This document shows positions 50,135-59,555 of a DNA stretch of 64,000 nt, in pieces. The notes under the pieces are model-generated. The model ran no database searches and was not told where the DNA came from. It was given only the letters and a program-made list of their open reading frames with translations. A program made the translations under genes and the position numbers. Source of the DNA: an uncultured Acidobacteriota bacterium (GTDB taxonomy: Bacteria; Acidobacteriota; Thermoanaerobaculia; Gp7-AA8). The first letter of the stretch is position 1; every line of letters starts with the position of its first letter. Location of the stretch: NCBI GenBank assembly GCA_963822445.1, contig CAWGHO010000002.1, positions 1,376,001-1,440,000 on the forward strand. Reading direction: 5' to 3'.

Positions 50135-51836
50135 TCGTCGTTTCTCTTTCTCCCGTCCCTTTCCAACGATCGTGCATCCACATGTACAAGTCGGGACGCT
50201 CCAGGATGCGGCGGCCGATGACTTCGTTGATGCGATTGGTCAGGGCCACGGGATCTCGTTCGTCCTCTCTCAACTGGTCAACACGGATCGGCTCATCGAA
50301 CTCGAGACGATGCCTGAGCCCGTCCGGAATGCAAAAAGCGAACACAATGGTCGAGCCGGCCCGGAGAGCCATCTTCGCGGGTGCGGAAGTGGTCCATGCC
50401 GGACGCCCGAGAAACGGACTGAGAATGCCTTCCGCCGGCTGCACGGACTGGTCGGGAAGCATCACCACCACGCCGTTTTCCGACAACGCCTTCAGCAGAC
50501 CGCGCGCCGCCCGCCGGCGATCGACGACGACCGCCTCGGTCTTCTCGCGCAGCCGCTGGAGATCGCGCTCCAGCAGTTCGTTGTCGAGCGGCCGGGCCAC
50601 GTTGTACGTCTTGCCGATCATCGACTGCACCGCCAGGCCCCCTACCTCCCACCCGCCCCAGTGTCCGCTGATGAGCAGCGTGCCTTTGCCGTAGGAGATC
50701 GCATCCCGCAGGTGCTGGGCGTTGACGATCGTGCAGCGCTCGGCGATCTCTTTCATCGACAGGGTCTGCATGTGCATCGAGGTCAGGAACTCGCGGCCGA
50801 AGTGGCGCCAGCATTCATCGAGAATTCGGCGCAGTTCGCGCTGGCTGCGCTCCGGAAAGGTCGCGCGGAGGTTGCGCATGGCCACCTGGTCGCGTCTGCG
50901 GACGACCTTTCCCGACCACGCTCCCAGCCGGGTCCCCCACCGGTAAACAGCCTCCTCGGACATCCCCGCAACCCGTTTCGCCACAGCGTGATAGGCAGCA
51001 TACTCGACCCGTTGCAGGAGCAGATTCTTGCGGCGCTTCTTCCGGCGGCGGTTCGGTGAGGTCGCCACGGCCGCGATCTGCTCGAGCACATCCGGCTCGA
51101 TCACGAATTCAGCGGGAATGGCCACGATGGAGGGGTCGTCGATCTTCACGGCGTCTTTGCCGGTTGTGACGAGCGTCGCCCCCTTCGCGTCTCGGCGCAG
51201 CGATTCGAGATCGCGAGCGGAGTAGCGGTGATGATCGGCAAAGCCGCGCGTGCCGACGACGTTTAGACCGCGCAGCGAATCGAAGAACTGCTGGTTGTTG
51301 GCGAGACCGGCGAAGGCGAAGACGGGGCCTTCGATCGGCGGGAGCGAGACGCGCAGGTTTCTGGGAATGACCACGTCCGCGTATTTCAGCGCGGAACGGC
51401 CTTCCCGAAAGAAGCGGGACGGAGCGTCGATCACCACGTCGAGATCGCGCTGAAGCTGGAGATGCTGGAAGCCGTCGTCGAGCACGAATACATCAGTATC
51501 GATATCGCGCGCATTTTCATAGCGATTAGCGCCAACAATTACGTTTGCTTTCGTGGATCGTTTAATCAGCAATGGTTCATCGCCGATAAATCCAGACTCT
51601 TTATCGCTACCATAACCACGTGTCAATACCGCGACACGCAGTCCGCGGCTCTCAAGAAAGCGGCAGACGGTGATCACCGCCGGTGTCTTGCCGGCCCCGC
51701 CCATGGCGATGTTGCCGATGGAGATCACCGGCTTGTGCACGCGTTTGGCTTTCAGCAATCCCGCGCGATACGCGGCCCGTCGCACGCGGTTGATCGCGCG
51801 ATACACGAGCTCGAATGGTTTGAGGAGCAGGTTCAC
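50124..51836 (-). CDS. lpxK: Fusion of tetraacyldisaccharide 4'-kinase and lipid A acyltransferase (LpxK-LpxL)
   Basis: N-half SIGNIAMGGAGKTP, TRGYG, GDEP, LDDGFQH; C-half GHWGGWE, RPLDN, LPDQ, PDLYMWMHDRWK. Confidence 0.9.
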   Translation of the reverse strand: MNLLLKPFELVYRAINRVRRAAYRAGLLKAKRVHKPVISIGNIAMGGAGKTPAVITVCRFLESRGLRVAVLTRGYGSDKESGFIGDEPLLIKRSTKANVIVGANRYENARDIDTDVFVLDDGFQHLQLQRDLDVVIDAPSRFFREGRSALKYADVVIPRNLRVSLPPIEGPVFAFAGLANNQQFFDSLRGLNVVGTRGFADHHRYSARDLESLRRDAKGATLVTTGKDAVKIDDPSIVAIPAEFVIEPDVLEQIAAVATSPNRRRKKRRKNLLLQRVEYAAYHAVAKRVAGMSEEAVYRWGTRLGAWSGKVVRRRDQVAMRNLRATFPERSQRELRRILDECWRHFGREFLTSMHMQTLSMKEIAERCTIVNAQHLRDAISYGKGTLLISGHWGGWEVGGLAVQSMIGKTYNVARPLDNELLERDLQRLREKTEAVVVDRRRAARGLLKALSENGVVVMLPDQSVQPAEGILSPFLGRPAWTTSAPAKMALRAGSTIVFAFCIPDGLRHRLEFDEPIRVDQLREDERDPVALTNRINEVIGRRILERPDLYMWMHDRWKGTGERETTNGV

Positions 51837-53086
51837 GCCAGCAGCTCGACGATCCGTTGCGCGGTCCGCGCAGACGCGCCCCGGTTCTGCAGCACCGTTT
51901 CCCGCGCTCGCGCGCCCCAGGCCTGTTGCAGCTCGGGCTCTTCAATCATCCGCGCCGCAAACTCCCCGGCCTCCTCCGCCGTCGCGACTTCCTTGGCCGC
52001 TTCGTTCTTCAGAAAGACGCGGGCGATCTCGCGGAAGTTCGACATCGACCGGCCGAAGCAGACCGGCACTCCCGCGGCCGCGGGCTCGATCGGATTGTGC
52101 CCGCCGATCGGCACCAGCGTCCCGCCAATGAACGCCACCGTGGCATACCGATACATCTTCGCCAGCTCGCCGAGCGTGTCGAGCAACAGCACGTCCGCGC
52201 CGCCGTCGAACGCATCGAGCTCGCTGCGTCGCACGAATCGCAACGTGGAGGTCTGCAGCAGCCCCGCTACCAACTCGAACCGCTCCGGCCTACGCGGCGC
52301 GACTACCACAAACGCCTGCTGCGCATTCACCAGCCGCTCGACCTCGGGCAGCAAGGCTTCGTCCTCCCCTTCCATCGTCGATCCGAGGATCACGACCTTG
52401 CGGTTGCCGATCAGAGCCTCGATGCGCGCGGCGTCTTCGAGTGGCGTCTCGTCCGGCTCGTAATCGAACTTGACGTTCCCGGTGACCTCGACGCGATCGG
52501 CGGATGCACCGAGGGTGATGAAGCGATCGCGGTCGGTCGTCTCGCGGGCAAGGATGCGGTCGTACTTGGCGAGGATGTGCCGGATGACGAAACGAAACGC
52601 GCGATACCGCGGCAGGGAACGGTCGGAAATGCGCCCGTTCGCCAGAATCAGGCGAAGGCCGCGCGCTCGCGCAAGGCGCGTCACGTTCGGCCAGATCTCC
52701 GTCTCCATCGTCGCGAACACACGCGGCTGGTGATGCTCCAGAAACCGGCCCACAGCGCGAGCGAAATCGAACGGGAAGTACGTCACCGTCGCGTCGCGAT
52801 ACAGCCGCGCCGCCTGGGCCTGACCGGTAATGGTCGTGGTCGTGAACACGATCGACGTCCCCGGCCGCTGCCGGAGGATCTCGTCGACCACCGCCCTCGC
52901 CGCGAGCGTCTCCCCGACCGACACCGCGTGAATCCAGAGGTCATGCCCCACCGCCCGCCCGCGATAAAACCCGAACCGCGCCCGCGCATTCGCCAGGTAT
53001 TTGCCACGGAGCAGTCCCATCAGGAGAAACCAGGGGAGGCCGAGAACCAGCACGAGGTAGAGAAGTACCTCGTAGAGGACGTACAT
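51833..53086 (-). CDS. waaA: Kdo transferase
   Basis: WIHAVSVGE, YFPFD, ETEIWPN, NGRISDRS, TGNVKFD, GGHNPIEPA. Confidence 0.95.
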   Translation of the reverse strand: MYVLYEVLLYLVLVLGLPWFLLMGLLRGKYLANARARFGFYRGRAVGHDLWIHAVSVGETLAARAVVDEILRQRPGTSIVFTTTTITGQAQAARLYRDATVTYFPFDFARAVGRFLEHHQPRVFATMETEIWPNVTRLARARGLRLILANGRISDRSLPRYRAFRFVIRHILAKYDRILARETTDRDRFITLGASADRVEVTGNVKFDYEPDETPLEDAARIEALIGNRKVVILGSTMEGEDEALLPEVERLVNAQQAFVVVAPRRPERFELVAGLLQTSTLRFVRRSELDAFDGGADVLLLDTLGELAKMYRYATVAFIGGTLVPIGGHNPIEPAAAGVPVCFGRSMSNFREIARVFLKNEAAKEVATAEEAGEFAARMIEEPELQQAWGARARETVLQNRGASARTAQRIVELLA

Positions 53087-53106
53087 GGGCAGGGATCATA
53101 ACGTCA

Positions 53107-53182
53107 CGAGGTTGCGGGGTTTCGGGGTTACGGGGTTCGGATGTGCTTCCTCGGAACCCCGAAACCTCGTAACCTCGTAACC
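53107..53182. repeat. Inverted octamer-array hairpin (CGRGGTTN)n...(AACCYCGW)n
   Basis: Four degenerate units per arm; fills most of the divergent waaA/hflX gap. Confidence 0.85.
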
Positions 53183-53184
53183 AG

Positions 53185-54441
53185 ATGGAAAACGTCATCG
53201 CCGTTGGTCTCATCCTCCCCAAACTTCCCCAGACCGTCGCCGAGGAACATCTCGAAGAACTGACCAAGCTCATTGAGTCGGGTGGCGGCACCGTGATCCG
53301 GAAAATCTTCGCCAAGCGCGGCTCGCCCGACGCCGGCACGTACATCGGCAAGGGGAAGGCCGAGGAAGTGAAGAGCCTGGCCGAGAAGCACGACGTCGCC
53401 CTCATCGTGTTCGATGACGACCTTTCGCCGGCGCAGGTCCGCAATCTGGAAAAGCTGATCGGCAAACGCGTCATCGACCGCAGTGCGCTGATCCTCGACA
53501 TCTTCGTCGGCCGCGCCCGCACCCGCGAAGCGAAGACGCAGGTCGAGCTCGCGCAACTCGAATACATGCTGCCGCGGCTGACGCGGGCCTGGTCCCACCT
53601 TGAGCGTCAGGCCGGCGGCGCGGGCGGCGGTGCAAAGCGCGGCGTCGGTGAGACCCAGCTCGAGCTCGATCGCCGCATCGTCCGCACGCGCATCGCCAAA
53701 CTCAAAGAAGACCTGCAGCGCATCGAAAAGAACCGCGAGACGCAGCGCAAATCGCGCGAGGCCGTCTTCACCGTCGCGCTGGTCGGCTACACCAACGCCG
53801 GCAAGTCGACGCTCTTCAACCGGCTGACCAGCGGCGAAGCCTTCGCCATGGACAAGCTCTTCGCCACGCTCGACGCGAAGACGCAGAAGATCGCCTACGA
53901 CATGCCGCGGAAGACGGTGGTCGTCGACACGGTCGGATTCATCCGCAAGCTGCCCCATCACCTCGTCGCGTCATTCCGCTCGACGATGGAAGAGGCGGTG
54001 GCCGCCGATCTCGTGCTGCACGTCATCGACGCGTCGCATCCGCAATACGACGAGCAGCGCGCCGTCGGCGATCAGGTCCTGGCCGATCTCGGCATCGAGA
54101 ACGACCGCGTCTTCGAGGTCTACAACAAGAGCGATCGCGTCGAAGAACACTTCGACATCCGCCGCCGCAACGCCGTGGTGGTCTCGGCGCTGACCGGGCA
54201 TCACATCGACCGGCTCGTGGAGATGATCCGCGACCGCGAGCGGGAAGGCGGCGAGTTGATGCATCTCGAGATTCCGCATTCCGAGTCGCGGATCACGGCC
54301 CGCCTGCACGAGATTGCCGAGTTGCACGAGCAATCGACGAACGACGATGCGGTGAGCATCACGGCGTGGGTGCCGAGAGATTCCGTGCACGTGTTCAAGC
54401 CATTCGTTGCGCGGGCGGCGCGGCGGAGACGGGCGTCGTGA
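53185..54441 (+). CDS. hflX: GTPase HflX
   Basis: IGKGKAEE, LSPAQVRNLE, QVELAQLEY.LPRL, VGYTNAGKSTLFN, DTVGFI, YNKSD. Confidence 0.97.
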   Translation: MENVIAVGLILPKLPQTVAEEHLEELTKLIESGGGTVIRKIFAKRGSPDAGTYIGKGKAEEVKSLAEKHDVALIVFDDDLSPAQVRNLEKLIGKRVIDRSALILDIFVGRARTREAKTQVELAQLEYMLPRLTRAWSHLERQAGGAGGGAKRGVGETQLELDRRIVRTRIAKLKEDLQRIEKNRETQRKSREAVFTVALVGYTNAGKSTLFNRLTSGEAFAMDKLFATLDAKTQKIAYDMPRKTVVVDTVGFIRKLPHHLVASFRSTMEEAVAADLVLHVIDASHPQYDEQRAVGDQVLADLGIENDRVFEVYNKSDRVEEHFDIRRRNAVVVSALTGHHIDRLVEMIRDREREGGELMHLEIPHSESRITARLHEIAELHEQSTNDDAVSITAWVPRDSVHVFKPFVARAARRRRAS

Positions 54442-54444
54442 AAA

Positions 54445-54555
54445 CTGGGTTGCTGGGTTGCTGGGTTGCTAGGTTGCTGAGTGCTTCGCTGACAGGCATG
54501 ATCGTGCGTCCAGCGGAGCACCCAGCAACCCAGTAACCAAGCAACCCAGCAACCC
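54445..54555. repeat. Inverted octamer-array hairpin (CTGGGTTG)n...(CAACCCAG)n
   Basis: About four units per arm, between hflX and the GNAT gene. Confidence 0.88.
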
Positions 54556-54562
54556 GAGAACA

Positions 54563-55051
54563 ATGAAGATCCGCCCCGCCACGCTCGCCGACCGCACCCG
54601 CATCCACGAGATCCTCACCGCCACGGCGCGGTTCACGGCAAAGGAGATCGGCTGGGCGATGGAGCTCGTCGACCTCGGTCTCGACGGGCGGAAGGAGTAC
54701 GACATCCAGGTCCTCGAAGTCCCGGACAGCGGTCCGAGCCGCGCCATTCAGGGCTACGTCTGCTTCGGGCCAACGCCGAAGTCCGAGGGGGTGTTCGATC
54801 TCTACTGGATCGCTGTCGATCCCCGCGAGCAGGGCCAGGGCTACGGCCAGCTGCTCCTGCGATTCGTGGAAAACGAAGTGCGCAGGCAGAATGGCAGGAT
54901 GTTGCTCATCGAGACCTCCTCGAAGCAGAGCTACGCGCCGACGGTGCGGTTCTACCAGCGCGCGGGGTACGAGGAGATCTCCCGGATCAAGGATTTCTAC
55001 AGAATCGAAGATGACAAGGTAGTGTTCTGCAAGCAACTGCCGCAGCCATGA
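54563..55051 (+). CDS. GNAT family N-acetyltransferase
   Basis: DLYWIAVDPREQGQGYGQLLL, LIETSS, RFYQRAGY. Confidence 0.92.
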   Translation: MKIRPATLADRTRIHEILTATARFTAKEIGWAMELVDLGLDGRKEYDIQVLEVPDSGPSRAIQGYVCFGPTPKSEGVFDLYWIAVDPREQGQGYGQLLLRFVENEVRRQNGRMLLIETSSKQSYAPTVRFYQRAGYEEISRIKDFYRIEDDKVVFCKQLPQP

Positions 55052-55845
55052 CTCCCGGTCCGACGCTTCCGCTTTACATCGCCCTCGCGTTCTACGCCCT
55101 CGGCACACTCGTGGCCTTCACGTCGCTCTTCGCGCGCGAGAAGCGGGTGCAGTACGCCGGGCTGGCGCTGATGATTGCCGGCTTCGTCACGCACACGATC
55201 TGGATCGGCACCATCTGCACGGCCACGGGCCACCCGCCGATCACGAATCTGGCCGAGGTGCTGAGCTTCGTTGCGTGGACCGTGTTTGCGGTGGAGCTGG
55301 GGTTGTGGATCCGCTACCGCGTGTACGCCGCGGTCTTCTTCGTCTATCCGCTCGTGCTGTTGCTGCTGACGCTTTCCGCGATCGCGGGCGAAAGCTTCCG
55401 CGTGCTCGATCCGGAGCTGCGCTCGAACGTTTTCACGACGCATCTGCTGTTGTCGACGGTCGGTGTGGCGGGACTGATGATCGGACTCGCCTTCGGCCTG
55501 CTCGCGTTGCTGCAGGATCGCGCGCTGAAACACAAAACGCGCGGACGGTTGTGGGATTGGATTCCGAGCCTCGACGTCTGCAAGACCGTGAGCTATCGCG
55601 CGCTGGCGATCGGCTTCAGCATCTATACCCTCGGTCTCATCGCCGGCGTGCTCTGGTCGTATCGAACGACCGCCGGATTCATGGATCTGCGCGTGAAGCA
55701 GATCGGCGCCGTGACCGCGTGGATTCTCTTCGCGGTCATCCTGCAGTCGTACGTCAACAACACCTACCGCCGCCGCCGAACACTGTTCGTGGCCGCGGGC
55801 GCGTTCGTGGCCATCGTCGTGGCCATGCTGGGGATTCGAGAGTGA
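55048..55845 (+). CDS. ccsA: Cytochrome c assembly protein (CcsA family)
   Basis: About eight TMs, GHPPITNLAE, conserved His (TTH), IPSLD; directly upstream of hemA. Confidence 0.8.
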   Translation: MTPGPTLPLYIALAFYALGTLVAFTSLFAREKRVQYAGLALMIAGFVTHTIWIGTICTATGHPPITNLAEVLSFVAWTVFAVELGLWIRYRVYAAVFFVYPLVLLLLTLSAIAGESFRVLDPELRSNVFTTHLLLSTVGVAGLMIGLAFGLLALLQDRALKHKTRGRLWDWIPSLDVCKTVSYRALAIGFSIYTLGLIAGVLWSYRTTAGFMDLRVKQIGAVTAWILFAVILQSYVNNTYRRRRTLFVAAGAFVAIVVAMLGIRE

Positions 55846-55852
55846 GAGGCGA

Positions 55853-55940
55853 AATGCAGAATGCAGAATGCAGAATGCAGAAAAGACACGGTCGCTCGTG
55901 CGATGCCGCGTTCTGCATTCTGCATTCTGCCTTCTGCCTT
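55853..55940. repeat. Inverted heptamer-array hairpin (AATGCAG)n...(TTCTGCM)n
   Basis: About four units per arm, between ccsA and hemA. Confidence 0.88.
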
Positions 55941-55960
55941 CCGACGCCGGAGGCGTCGTC

Positions 55961-57220
55961 ATGCTGATCCTGGTCGGCCTCAATCACCGCACCGCGCCCG
56001 TCGACGTGCGAGAGCGTCTCGGCGTTTCGGACGCGAAGCTCGGCGAGACCGTCGCCTCCCTGCGCACGATCGAAGGCGTCAACGGCGCGGCGCTGCTCTC
56101 GACCTGCAATCGCGTCGAAGCGGTCGTCTCGACCAGCAACGAAGACGTGATCGAGCCCGTCGTGGACTGGCTCGCGGTGCAGGGCGGCACGTCGCGCTCT
56201 GAGCTGGAGAAGCATCTCTACATCCTTCGCCACGGCGACGTGCTCCGCCATCTCTTCCGCGTTGCGTCCGGACTCGATTCGATGATCGTGGGCGAGCCTC
56301 AGATCGGCGGTCAGGTGCGCAAGGCCTTCGTCGCGGCGAATGAGCTGGGAACGCTCGACTCGCTGCTCTCGCAGGTCTGCGAGCACACGTTGCGCGTGGC
56401 GAAAAAAGTGCGGACGGAAACGGGAATCGGCGAGCACGCCGTGTCGGTGCCGTACGCCGCGGTCGAGCTGGCGAAGAAGATCTTCGGCGATCTCCGCGGC
56501 CTGCAGGTTCTCCTCCTCGGCGCCGGCGAGATGGGCGAGCTCACGGCGGAGCATCTGCACAATCAGGAAGTGAAGCAGGTCTTCGTCGGCAACCGCTCCT
56601 ACGAGCGCGCCGTCGAGCTGGCCAACCGTTTCGGCGGGCACGCCGTGAATTTCGACAACGTCGACGAGCAGCTCCTGCACTGCGACATCGTCATCGCCTC
56701 CACGGCCGCGCCGCATTTCCTGATCGAGCCGCAGCACGTGACCCGCGCGCTCGAAGTGCGCCGGCATCGCAACCTGTTCCTGATCGATCTCTCCGTGCCG
56801 CGGAACATCAATCCGGCCGTGGCGAAGATCGACGGCGCGTATCTCTACAACGTCGACGATCTGCAGATGGTCGCCGACGCCAATCTCGAGCTGCGGCAGG
56901 AGAAGGCCGCGGACGCCGAGCAGATCGTGATGCGCGAGGTCGAGCAGTTCCGCAAACGCCTCGTGGCCCAGGATGCGGTGCCGACCATCCTCGAATTGCA
57001 GCAGCGCCTGGAAGGCATCCGCGCGGCGGAGCTCGAAAAATGCCTGCGTCACGTCGGCCCGGTCACGCCCGATCAGCGGGACGCCATCGAGATGTTCTCG
57101 ACGCAGCTCGTCAACAAGATCCTCCACTACCCGATCCTTCAATTGAAAGAAGCGTCGGACGAGCCGCAGGAACGGGAGTCGCTGCGGCGCACGATCCGGA
57201 AGATCTTCGGCCTTCGATGA
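55961..57220 (+). CDS. hemA: Glutamyl-tRNA reductase
   Basis: GLNHRTAPVDVRE, LSTCNRVE, SGLDSMIVGEPQI, GAGEM, IDLSVPRNI; RBS GGAGG. Confidence 0.97.
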   Translation: MLILVGLNHRTAPVDVRERLGVSDAKLGETVASLRTIEGVNGAALLSTCNRVEAVVSTSNEDVIEPVVDWLAVQGGTSRSELEKHLYILRHGDVLRHLFRVASGLDSMIVGEPQIGGQVRKAFVAANELGTLDSLLSQVCEHTLRVAKKVRTETGIGEHAVSVPYAAVELAKKIFGDLRGLQVLLLGAGEMGELTAEHLHNQEVKQVFVGNRSYERAVELANRFGGHAVNFDNVDEQLLHCDIVIASTAAPHFLIEPQHVTRALEVRRHRNLFLIDLSVPRNINPAVAKIDGAYLYNVDDLQMVADANLELRQEKAADAEQIVMREVEQFRKRLVAQDAVPTILELQQRLEGIRAAELEKCLRHVGPVTPDQRDAIEMFSTQLVNKILHYPILQLKEASDEPQERESLRRTIRKIFGLR

Positions 57221-58065
57221 CCGGCCGGATTCGCATCGGAACGCGGGGCAGCGCGCTCGCGCTTTGGCAGGCGGAGGAAACTTCGCGTCTGCTGCGCGCC
57301 GCGGGCTACGAGCCGGAACTGGTGATCGTGAAGACGACCGGCGACAAACGAACCGATGTGTCCCTGGCCTCGATCGGCGGCAAGGGGCTGTTCATCAAAG
57401 AGCTGGAGGAATCGCTCGAGCGCGGCGCGATCGACGTCGCCGTACACAGCCTCAAGGACGTGCCGTCGATCATCCCCGACCACTTCGCCCTGGCCGGGTT
57501 TCTCGAGCGCGCCGATCCGCGCGATGTCTGGATCTCCGACCGACCCATCGATCAGCTTCCCGACGACTCGATCGTCGGCAGCAGTTCTCCGCGACGCCGC
57601 GCGCAACTGCTGGAGCTTTTCCCGCGGCTCGACGTTCGCGACATTCGCGGCAACGTCGACACGCGCATCGAGAAAATGCGCCGCGGTGAATACGCCGGCA
57701 TCGTGCTGGCGGCGGCGGGCTTGAAGCGTCTCGGACGCGACAGCGAGGTCCTTTCGTATTTCTCGCTCGATGAGATGGTGCCCGCGGCCGGACAGGGCAT
57801 CGTGGCCATCGAGTGTCTGCGCGACAACGAAGCCGCGAACGCCGCCGCCCGCGCGATCAATCACGAAGTCAGCGAGACCGCGGCACTTCGCGAGCGCGGC
57901 GTGCTGGCAAAGTTCGGCACGCGCCTCGATTGCTACTCCGAGATCGCCGTGCATGCGTCGAACGACGACACCATCCGCGCCTTCTTTCACGGAGTGCGGG
58001 TGAAGTACACAGGCCCGAACGCCGTCGACACGGTTTACGAGGAGCTTTCGTGCGTGAAACCGTAG
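57217..58065 (+). CDS. hemC: Hydroxymethylbilane synthase
   Basis: IGTRGSALALWQ, GKGLFIKELE, VHSLKDVP, RGNVDTR; C-terminal domain shortened. Confidence 0.95.
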   Translation: MTGRIRIGTRGSALALWQAEETSRLLRAAGYEPELVIVKTTGDKRTDVSLASIGGKGLFIKELEESLERGAIDVAVHSLKDVPSIIPDHFALAGFLERADPRDVWISDRPIDQLPDDSIVGSSSPRRRAQLLELFPRLDVRDIRGNVDTRIEKMRRGEYAGIVLAAAGLKRLGRDSEVLSYFSLDEMVPAAGQGIVAIECLRDNEAANAAARAINHEVSETAALRERGVLAKFGTRLDCYSEIAVHASNDDTIRAFFHGVRVKYTGPNAVDTVYEELSCVKP

Positions 58066-59555
58066 GCACGGTCTTCCTCGTCGGCGCCGGTCCCGGCGAC
58101 GCGCGTCTGCTGACGCTCCGCGCGGCGGAGCTGCTCGCGAAAGCGGACGTGGTCGCGCTCGACGCGCTCGTGTCGCGCGACATCGTCGCGATGATTCCGA
58201 AGACCACGGAGATCGTCTACGTCGGCAAACGCGCCGGCGCGCACGCCGTACCGCAAGACAAAACGAACCAGCTGCTGATCGACGAAGCGAAGAAGGGCCG
58301 CATGGTCGTGCGGCTCAAGGGCGGCGATCCGTTCGTGTTCGGCCGCGGTGGCGAGGAAGCCCAGGAGCTCGTCGCGGCCGGTGTGCCCATCGAGATCGTC
58401 CCCGGAATCTCCTCCGCGATCGCCGGCCCCGCCTACGCCGGCATCCCCGTCACCCATCGCGACCATGCAACCTCGGTCACGCTGGTCACGGCGCATGAAT
58501 CCGAGGGATCGACGGGAATCAAGTGGTCCGCTCTGGCGCAACTCGACGGGACGATCGTGTTCATGATGGGCTTCGCCAACCTGCCCACCATCGTGCACAA
58601 ACTGATGGAGCACGGGATGTCGCCGCACCGCGGCTGCGCGGTGATCTCCAAAGCCACCCGCTTCGACCAGCGCAGCATCGCCGGGTCGTTGCGAAACATC
58701 GAGATGATCGTGCGCGAGACGAAGCTGGAGACGCCGGCGCTGATCGTGGTCGGCGACGTCGTCGATCTCCGCGAGAGCATCAACTGGTTCGAATCGAAAC
58801 CGCTCTTCGGCAAGCGCATCGTCGTCACCCGGGCCCGCGACCAGGCCTCGGAGCTCAAGCGCCTCTTCGAAGACTCCGGCGCGCAGGTCCTGCAGTTTCC
58901 GACGATCGAGATCACCGCGCCTGAATCGCTGGACTCGCTCGATCGCGCGATCGACGAGCCGTTCGACTGGCTGATCTTCACCTCGACCAACGGCGTGCAG
59001 TTCTTCTTCGAGCGTCTCTTCGCGAAAGGGAAAGACGTGCGCGCTTTGGGATCGCCGAAGGTCGCCGCCGTGGGCCAAACGACGGCCGAGGAGCTTCGGA
59101 AGCGCGGCATCGCGCCGGACGTGGTTCCGCAGCGATTCATTTCCAGTGAGCTGCTGCCTTTGCTGGCCGAGGATCAGCGCGGGATTCGCACGGCGGTCGT
59201 TCGTGCCGAGGAAGGGCGCGACGAATTGCTCGATGAGCTGCGGCGGCGCGGAGGCGAGGTGCATCTCGCCGTTGCGTATCGAACGATCGCCGCCGATTAC
59301 GATCTGAACGACCTTCGCGAGTCGATCGACTCGATCGACGTCGTGACCTTCACCAGCGCGTCGACGGTCGACAACTTCTACGGCAAGCTCACCGAAGACG
59401 AACGGCGCCGTGTGAACGAGCGGGCGCTGATCGCTTCGATCGGGTCGATGACCACTGACGCTATCCGCCGCTACGGCAAGGATCCCGACGTCGTCGCCGA
59501 GAGCGCCACCATTCAGGCGCTCCACGATGCGGTTACACTCGCCGCGCGTGCGTAA
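58050..59555 (+). CDS. cobA: Uroporphyrinogen-III C-methyltransferase / synthase fusion (CobA-HemD)
   Basis: LVGAGPGD, RLKGGDPFVFGRGGEE, then KPLFGKRIVVTRA, FTSTNGV, FTSASTV; GTG start with GAGGAG RBS. Confidence 0.94.
   Translation: MRETVGTVFLVGAGPGDARLLTLRAAELLAKADVVALDALVSRDIVAMIPKTTEIVYVGKRAGAHAVPQDKTNQLLIDEAKKGRMVVRLKGGDPFVFGRGGEEAQELVAAGVPIEIVPGISSAIAGPAYAGIPVTHRDHATSVTLVTAHESEGSTGIKWSALAQLDGTIVFMMGFANLPTIVHKLMEHGMSPHRGCAVISKATRFDQRSIAGSLRNIEMIVRETKLETPALIVVGDVVDLRESINWFESKPLFGKRIVVTRARDQASELKRLFEDSGAQVLQFPTIEITAPESLDSLDRAIDEPFDWLIFTSTNGVQFFFERLFAKGKDVRALGSPKVAAVGQTTAEELRKRGIAPDVVPQRFISSELLPLLAEDQRGIRTAVVRAEEGRDELLDELRRRGGEVHLAVAYRTIAADYDLNDLRESIDSIDVVTFTSASTVDNFYGKLTEDERRRVNERALIASIGSMTTDAIRRYGKDPDVVAESATIQALHDAVTLAARA

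Noticed and set aside
55868-55960. N-terminal extension of HemA from the repeat ATG
   Set aside because: The conserved HemA start with a GGAGG RBS is at 55961; the extension is repeat-derived and not needed.
58050-59555. CobA-HemD fusion as a novelty
   Set aside because: Well-known, widespread fusion.
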